Shown: piece after piece, positions 1 to 9,065 of the stretch
How the letters are laid out: every line of letters starts with the position of its first letter
Numbering within the stretch: position 1 is the stretch's first letter
NCBI GenBank assembly: GCA_963741955.1
Contig: CAVUKB010000004.1
Location: 160,001 to 224,000 of the forward strand
Reading direction: 5' to 3'
Origin: an uncultured Acidobacteriota bacterium
Lineage (GTDB): Bacteria; Acidobacteriota; Thermoanaerobaculia; Gp7-AA8
Length of the DNA: 64,000 bases
Notes under the pieces: generated by a model
Told to the model about the DNA's origin: nothing
Database searches by the model: none
The model's input: only the letters and a program-made list of their open reading frames with translations
Made by a program: the position numbers and the translations under genes

Positions 1-2
1 GC

Positions 3-938
3 TGGTACGACCCGCAAACCGGCACGTTCATGAGCCCTGACCCTCTCGGCTATCGCGACTCCTCCAATCTATACGCGTTTGCTGGTGGCGATCCGGTCAA
101 TGGTCGCGACCCACTGGGCGAAGGGACCTTGGATAAGGTTGTCGGGTTCTTCCTTCCTGGATGGGACGAGAAAGGTCGCACGGAGACCTCAGCTCGATTG
201 CACGCCGCTGCTGATGCGATTGATGCCACAGCTGAAGAGGCCCTCAACGGGACCGACGATTCTCAGTGGTTCACTCGGTCGGCCGCACAAACCATGCAGC
301 TCGCGTCGGGCTTTTTGCGGCAAGGAGACGCTTCAGGGACTGAGCTAGGTAGTGGCGTATCTCCGTGGCAGGTCGTGCAAAACCGTGTCTACGAGGGAAT
401 GCCTCTCGAAGAGGCGCGGGCGCTGATTCAGGACTGGGATTACCTCAGCGATGAAGACCGAGCGCGACTGATTTCGTTGGGAATCTCGAAGACCGCTGCC
501 GTAGTCGGTGGGGCGCGGGGACTGCAGCAGACAATCTACAAACCGACGCCGGTTCTCCCGAAGCCAAGAAGCACGCCAACTGTAAACCTTGCTAAGCCGC
601 GGCCCTCGGCTCCTGCCCCACGTGTTGAGCCGCCATATGCGGTCACCCGTAGCAACTACGCGAAGAACTTCAAAGCAGTCAGTGCGACTCCGGCGGGTTC
701 CGAAGTTCATCACACGCTCTTCCAAAAGTATCGCGCTGCGTTCGCTGCGCGTGGGATCAACATCGACGAAATGCGTTTTCTTCGTGGCGTAGACCCGAAG
801 GTGCACTCGCGCATAACGACCGCTGTGAAGCGGCTTGAACGTCAGCTCGGCCGTGATCTGACGCCCGAAGAAGTCCTTGATCTCGCAGTCAAGTTCGACA
901 ATGAGTTCAGTGGATCGTTGATCCATCGGACACCTTAA
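3..938 (+). CDS. RHS protein C-terminal part (open at window edge) with HNH/EndoVII-like nuclease toxin domain (cassette 1)
   Basis: The frame is open from nt 3: WYDPQTGTFMSPDPLGYRDSSNLYAFAGGDPVNGRDPLG is the RHS core end with the DPxG cleavage motif. The C-terminus has EVHHTLFQKY...GINID...VHSRIT, a His-rich HNH-type pattern. Confidence 0.85.
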   Translation, partial: WYDPQTGTFMSPDPLGYRDSSNLYAFAGGDPVNGRDPLGEGTLDKVVGFFLPGWDEKGRTETSARLHAAADAIDATAEEALNGTDDSQWFTRSAAQTMQLASGFLRQGDASGTELGSGVSPWQVVQNRVYEGMPLEEARALIQDWDYLSDEDRARLISLGISKTAAVVGGARGLQQTIYKPTPVLPKPRSTPTVNLAKPRPSAPAPRVEPPYAVTRSNYAKNFKAVSATPAGSEVHHTLFQKYRAAFAARGINIDEMRFLRGVDPKVHSRITTAVKRLERQLGRDLTPEEVLDLAVKFDNEFSGSLIHRTP

Positions 939-955
939 CGGCCGGCAGGTACGAG

Positions 956-1309
956 ATGAATCTAAAAGAAGCATTCTTTCAGGATTTAGCGGCTCGCTTA
1001 ACGACGTGGCGCGACGACTTGGTCGCCGCAGTTAAGGATCCGTCTACTGCGGTTTGGGCGGAGTCGCAGCCCGCGATCGCACGGCTACATGGCAAGTTGA
1101 GCGAATCTGACATTGAAGATTTGCGCGTTGTGTTGGACGAGTGTTTTCGAGGGCTACTGCACTCTACGCTCGTCACGATTGACGGCGGGTCGGATGCGAG
1201 CACCTTCGGGAATCTTCAGCTTATTGACGCGGCGACGGGCCAAACGCTAACTGACGGGGCACTTCACGAGGATTTTGTGGAGTACCTCGCGGCTCACGAC
1301 ATGCTCTGA
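956..1309 (+). CDS. putative immunity protein for cassette 1
   Basis: Small acidic 117 aa ORF starting 17 nt after the toxin stop, with the same lower GC as the toxin tip. Confidence 0.7.
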   Translation: MNLKEAFFQDLAARLTTWRDDLVAAVKDPSTAVWAESQPAIARLHGKLSESDIEDLRVVLDECFRGLLHSTLVTIDGGSDASTFGNLQLIDAATGQTLTDGALHEDFVEYLAAHDML

Positions 1310-1322
1310 AGTCGCAGCCGTG

Positions 1323-1753
1323 TCACTCCGGAATCGCCCCCGTGCCGCCGGCGATGCGGTAGGGGGCGAGGAGGGGGCGGAGATCTTTGGGGAGGCCGGC
1401 GAAGGAGTAGCCGCCGCGTTCGGACCATGACTGCGTGGTGGCGATCGAGGTCTTTCGGAGGATGACTTCGAGCAGCTCGTCGTGCGGGTAGAGATACCAC
1501 TCGTCGCCGCTGCCGAACGCGATCCAGATCCCTTTGCCTCGATACTTCTCGGCGAATGCGAGCCTGCTCTTCAACTGCACGCGCAGCACGTCGCCGTTGA
1601 TGTGCAGCGCGATGAAGTCCGCTCCGGCCCAATCATCCGACAGCCGCATCGTCACGAACCCATAGTCGGCGAGCACGGCCGAGATCTTCTGAAAGTTGAA
1701 GTTCTCCTTCTGCCGGGCGTTGAGCCTCGCGTACGCGATCTTCTCGGCGGTAA
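1323..1753 (-). CDS. hypothetical PD-(D/E)XK-fold protein; 5' end probably clipped by the repeat at 1746
   Basis: The 1323..1676 ORF extends upstream in frame as ITAEKIAYARLNARQKENFNFQKISAVLADYGF. Motif GADFIA...RVQLKSR. No ATG is present before the repeat boundary. Confidence 0.6.
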
Positions 1754-2129
1754 TCGCGCTTGGGGGTCACACCTTCGTCTCTCGCTTGTTCCTCTAAGTA
1801 ACCGAATATACGCGGGTTGCGCGTCTGTTTGTCGCAGCGCCAAAGGAATAGAGCGCATGGAATAGCGAAGGAATAGGGTCACGCCTTCGCTCATCGGTTC
1901 TGCCGTCGGAGATCTCGACGGGACGCAGCCGTCGACACGAAGAAGGACCTCTCGATCCTCGACGGGTTCGACCTCGCAAACTTCCGATCTGCGCGAACGG
2001 TCGCCGGCCGCTTCGACCCCGACCAGCGAAAGAAGCTCGGCGAGACCACGTGGAGCCTCGAGCCTGCAACCTGGACTGCGGTGCCCGGTTCGGTTCACGA
2101 AACGAAGTCGCGGACCCTCTCGCTCGAGG
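1746..2129. repeat. 384-bp direct repeat copy 1 (Y1-element end fused to the start of an RHS fragment)
   Basis: Matches 5475..5858 with one mismatch seen. 1761..1929 also matches 19305..19462. Confidence 0.9.
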
Positions 2130-4354
2130 GGCTTCTCCCGAAGAAAGAGCTTTACGCATTCACCAGCGGGAACCGCACCGGCGACGGCGGAGCGACGCTT
2201 CACTACGACGAGAGTGATCGCCTGGTCGAGATCACGACGGCCCAACGACAGATTCTCTACGCCTATGACCCGCTCGACCGCCTCATCGGTCGAACGGTGA
2301 ACGTTCGCGAGTCCGCGGACGTGCCATGGGCGCTCGAGGACCGCACGACCGCGCTGGCGCGGGACGGACTCCCGCCGGCGGTGACGTTCGTATGGGATCC
2401 GATCGCCGACCGCCTCCTCGAGATTTTCGAGGCCGGGAAGGGGCCGAAGACGGCGACCGATCCGCCCAACCTCTACGCGGGGCTGATGCGGCAGTACATT
2501 CACGGAGATCAGGGCTACGACGATCCGATCGAAGTTCTCGCCGCGACCGAGCCCGGCGCACCGCCGAAGCGGTACCTCCCATTCATCGACCCGACCTCGG
2601 GCGGCTCGGTCACCGCGATCCTCGACGCGTCCGGGAACCTGGTCGAGCGCGTTCTCTACGCCGACAGCTATGGCGACGCTCCGCGCTACGTGGAGGGCCC
2701 GGTCATCGACGGGATCAAGGCCGAAGCCGCGAAGGACTCGGCCGGCAAGTTGGAGTCGATCCGGTTCCGCATCCACAGCTCCGAGGCGATCGACGCCGAT
2801 TCGATCGACGGCAATGTCGCGCTGGTCGTCAGAACGGGGAAGAACGTCGACGGAACGCCGATCGAGTCGGATTATCCGCTCGTGGCGAAAGCCGAGGGCG
2901 CGAACGTGGTCCTGGTCGAGCTGGATGCGACTCAGTGGGCGGATCTTGCCTCGGAGGCGACCGAGATTCGTCTCGAGGTCCGCTCGGGCCTCCGTTCTCC
3001 GGCCTGGGGCACGACCCCGGTCCAGCCCGCCCCCGCCTGGGCCACGAAGCTCTACGGTGTACAATCCTCGACGGCGACTCCGGTCGCCTGGAGCGAGTCG
3101 CTCGCGACTCTCTCCATGCTCATTGAGAATACATCGTCCGGGCAGAGCTCCGAGAAAACGCTCTACGAGATCCCCGATCTCTACCTCGCCGCGACCATCG
3201 ATTCGAAGACGAAACTCTTCACCGGGTTCAAGGCTGCACCGTTTGTCGAACCCGCCACGGGACTGGTCTACCTCCGCAATAGATGGTACGACCCTAGTAC
3301 CGGCACGTTCTTGACTCCGGATCCTGCCGGATACACCGACTCCTCGAACCTCTACGCGGCGTTCGCCAACGACCCGGTTAACAATTCGGACCCGTTAGGC
3401 CTAGAGAGTATCCGGCAATGGTTCGCCGCTGACGAGGACATTGCGGAAGGCGATTGGGCCTCGGGCTACGGGAAGAAGGGCGTTTACTTTGCTTGGAACG
3501 CTCTGACATTCGGATTCCTTGGCCGGCATGACGCAATTTACGAGGACTACGAGGCGTCCGGAGACACCGGGGCGTACGTCCGTGGGACGGGCGTTGAGAT
3601 TGGTCGAGCTGCCGTCATCGGGGTCGCTTCTTACTACACGGGTGGCCTCGCCGGAGGTTCGGCGACGACGTTCGGCGGGGCCGTTGTCCGAGGCGCTGCC
3701 GGAGGAGCCGCATCCGGCTTGGCAGTCACCGGCGCTGGCGATGTTTACGACCGGCTAACCGGCGGACCCGGAGCGACGTTTGAGGACTACGCAGCCGGAA
3801 TGACCGGTGGCGCGATCTTCGGCGGCGTTGCGGGAGGCATCAACTACCGGTTGACCTCAGGATCAGCCACTCCAACTGGACTAAGCCGTGGCGCTCGACT
3901 GCGCGCCAGGTACGGAAGTATCTCTCGCGAGGAACTCAATGCTCGCATCAACGCGCGCGGGGTCGAAAGTGCCATTCAGAAGAACGCTGAGCAATCCGCG
4001 GGTCTGGGGCGGCTTGATCGGACTCGTGGGTTGATCACGGAAGGACCTCAGGCGTTTGGGACTCGGGCCCATCTCTTCTTCGAACGTCTGAACAATCGTC
4101 TCGCCAGCCGGCTCGCCGGTACCGCGAGAATCACAACCGAAGAGTTCAGGAACCCGCTCGGCCGGGTGGTTTTCCCTCGCAGTGCGGGATCCATCGGGGC
4201 AGACGTCACCGTCAGAGGTTGGACGGGCGGTCCGCTCCAAGTCTTCGACCTCAAAACGTATGGCACGGTTCAGCGCCCAATCAGTGCGGCGCGCCAGCTT
4301 GAGTTCTTGGTTCGTTTTGGTGTCAGGGCGACCGAAATCTTCGTTCGGCGATAA
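2081..4354 (+). CDS. 5'-truncated (orphan) RHS core with restriction-endonuclease-fold toxin (cassette 2)
   Basis: YD repeats (YDESDRL, YAYDPLDRL) and core end TGLVYLRNRWYDP...DPVNNSDPLG. A Gly-rich linker leads to a tip FGTRAH...GADV...VFDLKT (PD-(D/E)XK-like). RHS-like sequence continues in frame upstream to about 1931, so 2081 is not a native start. Confidence 0.88.
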   Translation: MPGSVHETKSRTLSLEGLLPKKELYAFTSGNRTGDGGATLHYDESDRLVEITTAQRQILYAYDPLDRLIGRTVNVRESADVPWALEDRTTALARDGLPPAVTFVWDPIADRLLEIFEAGKGPKTATDPPNLYAGLMRQYIHGDQGYDDPIEVLAATEPGAPPKRYLPFIDPTSGGSVTAILDASGNLVERVLYADSYGDAPRYVEGPVIDGIKAEAAKDSAGKLESIRFRIHSSEAIDADSIDGNVALVVRTGKNVDGTPIESDYPLVAKAEGANVVLVELDATQWADLASEATEIRLEVRSGLRSPAWGTTPVQPAPAWATKLYGVQSSTATPVAWSESLATLSMLIENTSSGQSSEKTLYEIPDLYLAATIDSKTKLFTGFKAAPFVEPATGLVYLRNRWYDPSTGTFLTPDPAGYTDSSNLYAAFANDPVNNSDPLGLESIRQWFAADEDIAEGDWASGYGKKGVYFAWNALTFGFLGRHDAIYEDYEASGDTGAYVRGTGVEIGRAAVIGVASYYTGGLAGGSATTFGGAVVRGAAGGAASGLAVTGAGDVYDRLTGGPGATFEDYAAGMTGGAIFGGVAGGINYRLTSGSATPTGLSRGARLRARYGSISREELNARINARGVESAIQKNAEQSAGLGRLDRTRGLITEGPQAFGTRAHLFFERLNNRLASRLAGTARITTEEFRNPLGRVVFPRSAGSIGADVTVRGWTGGPLQVFDLKTYGTVQRPISAARQLEFLVRFGVRATEIFVRR

Positions 4355-4370
4355 GGAGGTGTTCAAGTTG

Positions 4371-5039
4371 ATGACTCCGGACGAGCTATTCCGCTATGCT
4401 GACCAGAAGCTGGGGCCAGCACTCTCCGCTGAAGGTTTTTCGGTTGGCCAGAATGGCGAGTTTGTTCGCGAATCGAGTGAGGGGTTGGATCGGGTTCTTC
4501 TCGACACGGACAGCAGAAAGGCGAAATTTTATGTCGGGTTGAGCTTCTACCCTGCCGAGATGGAAGTTCTGACTGACTTCCTCGGCGGGGAGGACCGGGG
4601 ATTTCCCTGTGGTCCCTATCTTACCCCTGCTGGGGTCAGGCGCGGGAAATACCGATGGTCTTATCAGCCGCAACACCTCGAGTCGTCTATGAAGAAAGTT
4701 GAAGAACTTCTCCAGTCTGTCGGGCTTCCTTGGCTGCGTCAGCTACGGAATCCGGAGTTCTTTGCGGCAGAAGTTGATCCTGAGGCGTTATTTGATGCTG
4801 GTCTGGCTCATGAACGCGCTGGCCATCACGCCAAAGCCGGGGAGATTTACCTGCGGTTGTTCGATCGATTTCGCGAGATGCTCTCGTATGCCGGTGATGA
4901 TCTCGTCATGAGAGAATCGGGCAAGCGGTTTATCTTTGTCGCCGAGAAACTCGGAGTAGAACCCGAGAGGGTTCGCCGGTTCCGGGAGTACCACCAGTAC
5001 TGGAGGCCGATCCCTCGTCTCCGGGATTCGTCGAGCTGA
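4371..5039 (+). CDS. putative immunity protein for cassette 2 (DUF4304-like N-terminus)
   Basis: An AAGGAGG RBS overlaps the toxin stop, followed by TTG/ATG at 4368/4371. N-terminal LGPALSAEGF pattern; directly downstream of the toxin. Confidence 0.7.
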   Translation: MTPDELFRYADQKLGPALSAEGFSVGQNGEFVRESSEGLDRVLLDTDSRKAKFYVGLSFYPAEMEVLTDFLGGEDRGFPCGPYLTPAGVRRGKYRWSYQPQHLESSMKKVEELLQSVGLPWLRQLRNPEFFAAEVDPEALFDAGLAHERAGHHAKAGEIYLRLFDRFREMLSYAGDDLVMRESGKRFIFVAEKLGVEPERVRRFREYHQYWRPIPRLRDSSS

Positions 5040-5474
5040 AGTCTCCTGATGCGAGACAGACGTCCTCAGAAACTCCGTCCGGAAGGCTCGATGCTATTGA
5101 AGGCCATTGGGGTCACCCATTGGGGCGCATTGTCAAGGCGGGCGGAAAATGAGGCGCCGCCTTTTGAGGTCTTTCGGAAATCGAGTGGACTGAAAACGGA
5201 AGGTCCCGGCTATGGAAAGTGGAAAAGGCTCCCCGTCCTGCTCAGAAACTCCGAATTGACGGTTCGATGCTATTGAAGATGGCGAACGACATCACGATCC
5301 CGGAGGAATTCGACGGGCGACGGCTCCGAGATCCGGTTCGAAGCGAGCAGACGGAAGCGCGATCGGGACAAAGGAGCCCGAAGGCGGTGGTGGTTTCGTC
5401 CTGCGGGCGATGTTCGAGCCAGGGTCCGAGGCGGACGCGGTGAACGGGTTTCGACTCGAACGCTCAGGCGACCA

Positions 5475-5858
5475 GGCGGTAATCGCGCTTGGGGGTCACA
5501 CCTTCGTCTCTCGCTTGTTCCTCTAAGTAACCGAATATACGCGGGTTGCGCGTCTGTTTGTCGCAGCGCCAAAGGAATAGAGCGCATGGAATAGCGAAGG
5601 AATAGGGTCACGCCTTCGCTCATCGGTTCTGCCGTCGGAGATCTCGACGGGACGCAGCCGTCGACACGAAGAAGGACCTCTCGATCCTCGACGGGTTCGA
5701 CCTCGCAAACTTCCGATCTGCGCGAACGGTCGCCGGCCGCTTCGACCCCGACCAGCGAAAGAAGCTCGGCGAGACCACGTGGAGCCTCGAGCCTGCAACC
5801 TGGACTGCGGTGCCCGGTTCGGTTCACGAAACGAAGTCGCAGACCCTCTCGCTCGAGG
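5475..5858. repeat. 384-bp direct repeat copy 2, cut by IS66
   Basis: Duplicate of 1746..2129, ending exactly at the IS66 inverted repeat. Confidence 0.9.
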
Positions 5859-5922
5859 GTAACTCCTCGCCGTACCCCGTCTTGACTGCCGGAGGCGACG
5901 GCAGAGTGGTGGGTAGAGGTCG

Positions 5923-7425
5923 TTACGAGAGAAGTTCGGCGGGGAGAACGACGATCCCGGGATTGGCGATCGACTTCCTAAGGGCGTAACTGAGGTAGGC
6001 CTTCGGCTCGACGCCGTGGAGCTTGGCGGTCTCGATGAGGGTGTAGTAGAGCGCCGCGACCTCGGTGCCGCGCCGGCTTTTCGAGCCGTAGTGGTTCTTC
6101 CGTCCGACGACCAGACCGCGAAGGGCGCGCTCGGTCGCGTTGTTGTCGAGCGGGATCCGCGGGTCATCGATGAAGCGGGTCAGCCCTTCCCACATCCCAC
6201 GGGTGTAGGCGATCGCCTTTCCCAGCCCGCTCTGCGGAAGAGCCGGGGTGAGCGAGATCCGACTCCAGAATCTGCCGCACCACGCCACGCGAACGCGTCT
6301 GGCGCAACTCGAGACGCAGAGCATCGCCCTCGCGCCCCGCAGGTGCGAGGGCGTCGATCGCGTACAGCTCCCGAATCAGAGCGAGCATCTCGCCGCTCTC
6401 GGTGGGGAAGTTCTCTTCGGTCTCGATGAACTTGCGTCGGACGTGCGCCCAGCAGTGCACGACGATCAGATCGGGCGAACCCCGCGAGAGCGAGTCGTAC
6501 GCTCCGTAGCCGTCGGCCATCACGATCCCGCGAAATCCTTCGAGCACCGTGGCCGCCGCCTGGGTCGAGCGGCTGTCGAGAATCCGGTAGAAGCTCGCTT
6601 CTTCGCTCGTGACGTTCCAGACCCACCAGCGCTTGTTGGTGCGCTCTTCGCCCCGGCTCGTGAGCATCAGCCATCGCGTCTCGTCCGCCCCGACCACGTC
6701 CGCCGCGAGCACCATCTGCAGGATCGCATCGTAGGTCGGCAGCAACGATCGCGCTGCCGCTTCGATCTGATCCCACAGCGTCTGTGAGGTCACCACGAGC
6801 CCTTCGCGGCGCATGATCCGGCACTGCCGCTCGAGCGGAAGGTGATCGAGATACTTCTGGGTGATCACCTCCACCGTGAACCCGGTCCCATACCGCCCTC
6901 CGGGGATCAGCTTCGCCGGTCCGGGCGCCGTCACGACGCACCCGTTGCAGCCGCAGCGATACTTGCGACGCCGATGACGAACCAGGACGAACCGTCGCTC
7001 CACGACGTCGACCTCTTCCGACTCTTCGAACTGATCGCCGAGCGGTTCGAGCGACCCGCCACAGCTCGGGCACTGTTGCTCGCCCGGCGGCAGCTCGTGC
7101 TCTTCGCTCACCAGTTCGAGCTCCGGCTGTTCGGTCGGACCATGACCCTTCCGAGGCTTTTCTTCCGCGCCCTCCTCGGAGCTCTTCTCGTCAGACTTGC
7201 GCTTCTCCGACGAGCGGCCGAAGATCCTCCGCTCACGCATCGCGAGCAGCTCGCGGAGCATCTCGATCTCGGCCTGCGCCTTCGATGCGATCCGATTCCT
7301 TTGAGACGACTCAGCTCTTCAGTGGCAATACGGAGCTTGTCGATCAGGCGGGTGTTCTCGTCCGAGAGAAGAAGGGCGATCTGCCGTAGAACTTCCGGAT
7401 CACTCTCCCTCTCAATCGGCCGCAC
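5923..7425 (-). pseudogene. tnpC: IS66 DDE transposase TnpC with two frameshifts (about 7290 and about 6260)
   Basis: Three overlapping ORFs (7108..7425, 6164..7261, 5923..6324) together give the coiled coil, FGRSSEK, CPSCGG zinc finger, ADET, DGYGAY, CWAHVRRKF and LDNNATERALR...GRKN motifs. Confidence 0.9.
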
Positions 7426-7471
7426 GAGTATGTATTATGCAGATATACACCGCTCCTTCAAGGGCTTTCTG

Positions 7472-7846
7472 TTACAAGTGTGTACGTTGTGTGTGAACTG
7501 TGTATAGAGGCGGAGACAGAGGGAGCCGGCCGCGCAGTTCCATCCCTTCGAGAAGCAGTTGCAGCTCACTCGTGGTCAGCTGCAAAGGTCCTTCCGCACC
7601 GCAGCTCCAGGGCGCGCTGAACCGGCCCTGCTCGAGCCGCTTCGCATACACGCACAGTCCCGTTCCATCCCAGAGCAGAACCTTCGCTCGCTTCCGGTTC
7701 CGGCTCACGAACAGATACAGCTCGCCGGAGAGCGGATCTTCTCCGATCTTCTCCCGCACGATCGCCGCCAACCCATCGAACGACTTCCGCATGTCCACCG
7801 GCTCGTCGTACGCCAGTACCCGCACGCTGCGGGAGCCCGTGATCAC
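7472..7846 (-). CDS. tnpB: IS66 accessory protein TnpB
   Basis: PVDMRKSFDGL...LFVSRNRKRAKVLLWDGTGLCVYAKRLEQGRF signature. Confidence 0.95.
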   Translation of the reverse strand: MITGSRSVRVLAYDEPVDMRKSFDGLAAIVREKIGEDPLSGELYLFVSRNRKRAKVLLWDGTGLCVYAKRLEQGRFSAPWSCGAEGPLQLTTSELQLLLEGMELRGRLPLSPPLYTVHTQRTHL

Positions 7847-8202
7847 CCGACTCTCCGCAGCAGCTCTGCCAGTCCGTCGAGGGTCAGCCCCTCGACTCGA
7901 ATCCCGGAAGGCGTGATCACGATCGCGGATGACGCCCGGAGCTCATCAGATGCTCCCGATCCCGCCTCGACCAACTCCACGGCCCGGAAGCTCCCGCCCC
8001 GCCGCTGCTCCCACTTCGCGAACGTGTAGCGGTTCACTCCGAGCTCCTCTGCGATCTCCGAATCGCTCTTGCCTTCGGCCCGCGCCTGTCGCGCGTAGAG
8101 CACCGCACGTTCCCTCAGCTCTCGCGGATACCGCCGACGCTCTCGCCGCCGGCTCTGCCGCTCCAGCTCGCGCCGCAGCTTCTTCACTTCCCGATCGATC
8201 AT
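7843..8202 (-). CDS. tnpA: IS66 TnpA (HTH) protein
   Basis: RRYPRELRERAV...IAEELGVNRYTFAKW HTH and FRAVEL...VITPSGIRVEGL; overlaps tnpB by 4 nt. Confidence 0.85.
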   Translation of the reverse strand: MIDREVKKLRRELERQSRRRERRRYPRELRERAVLYARQARAEGKSDSEIAEELGVNRYTFAKWEQRRGGSFRAVELVEAGSGASDELRASSAIVITPSGIRVEGLTLDGLAELLRRVG

Positions 8203-8276
8203 CGTCCGCTCCTTTCCCGGAGAAGACTGACCGATCCGCTGCCTCAACGCCAGACGGGGTACGGCGAGGAGTTACC

Positions 8277-8829
8277 ATCAACCTCCTCGGCGTCTCGAAC
8301 GGCGCGCGTCATTCGCGTTTCGCATACGACGCCAGGAGCCGCCTCGCCGGGTCGATCTACGGGACGACGACCGACGCACAACCGTCCGTCGGCGCTCCGA
8401 GCACCGGGCAGTCCACCGAAGACCTGACCCCCGCCGACTTCCGCTCCGGGCAGGAGCGGACGCCGCAGCTTGACGCGACGGCGCGCTCAGTTCTCGCCTC
8501 GCGCGGGATTGACCTCTCGCTCCTCGACCCGCCGTCGATGACGGCCACCGAGTCGGCGGCGGGACACAAGATCGAATCGATCAGCAGCGGCTCCACGACC
8601 GAGACGCTCCACTACCCGCAGTCGCAGAGAACCGAAGATGGGAGCTTCGTCTACGAGTGGGATGAGAAGGGGAGACTGACGAGCGTCACCGAGAAGCCCA
8701 CCTCCGCGAACGGGGAGATCCGGCGGATCCTGTACGACTACGACGGCAACGACCGACTCGTCGGACGGCGCGCGGAGATGGCCGAGGTTACCGATCCCGC
8801 GGCGGACCCGGACACACTCTCCTGGGAGC
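8277..8829 (+). pseudogene. RHS core fragment (5' part of cassette 3), bounded by IS66 and a MITE
   Basis: FAYDARSRL, YEWDEKGRL and YDYDGNDRL repeats. It joins 9010 onward once the MITE is removed, as shown by the uninterrupted copy around 15590. Confidence 0.85.
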
Positions 8830-9009
8830 CGGCTCGGATCTCTCCCACCATCTCTGCTGCGTTGGCGGATAGCGGCCTGTCTGCTGCGTTGCGCTTGCTT
8901 CGGCTCCTCGACATAGTCACCACTATGCCTTCGTCGTCGAAGCTGCGCACGCCTTGCATCCAGACCCCTCTCCACCTTCTCGCGACGAGACGGTGAGAGA
9001 AATCCGAGC
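8830..9009. mobile_element. MITE-like insertion (about 180 bp)
   Basis: Absent from the paralogous site CTGGGAGCTCGAGG at about 15593. Imperfect 23-bp terminal inverted repeats (8832-8854 and 8987-9009, 20/23) and an internal hairpin ACATAGT-CACC-ACTATGC. Confidence 0.8.
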
Positions 9010-9065
9010 TCGAGGCCCGTCCCGACGTCCTCGCGAGCGACGGGCTTCCGGCGGACGTCACGCTC

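Larger units (their letters stand above)
5859..8275 (-). mobile_element. IS66-family insertion sequence
   Basis: Perfect 24-bp terminal inverted repeats GTAACTCCTCGCCGTACCCCGTCT (5859-5882 and 8252-8275) enclosing tnpA-tnpB-tnpC. No target duplication (GCTCGAGG versus CATCAACC). Confidence 0.95.

Noticed and set aside
7929-8996. 355 aa ORF as a single gene
   Set aside because: Chimeric read-through from IS66 sequence into the RHS fragment and the MITE.
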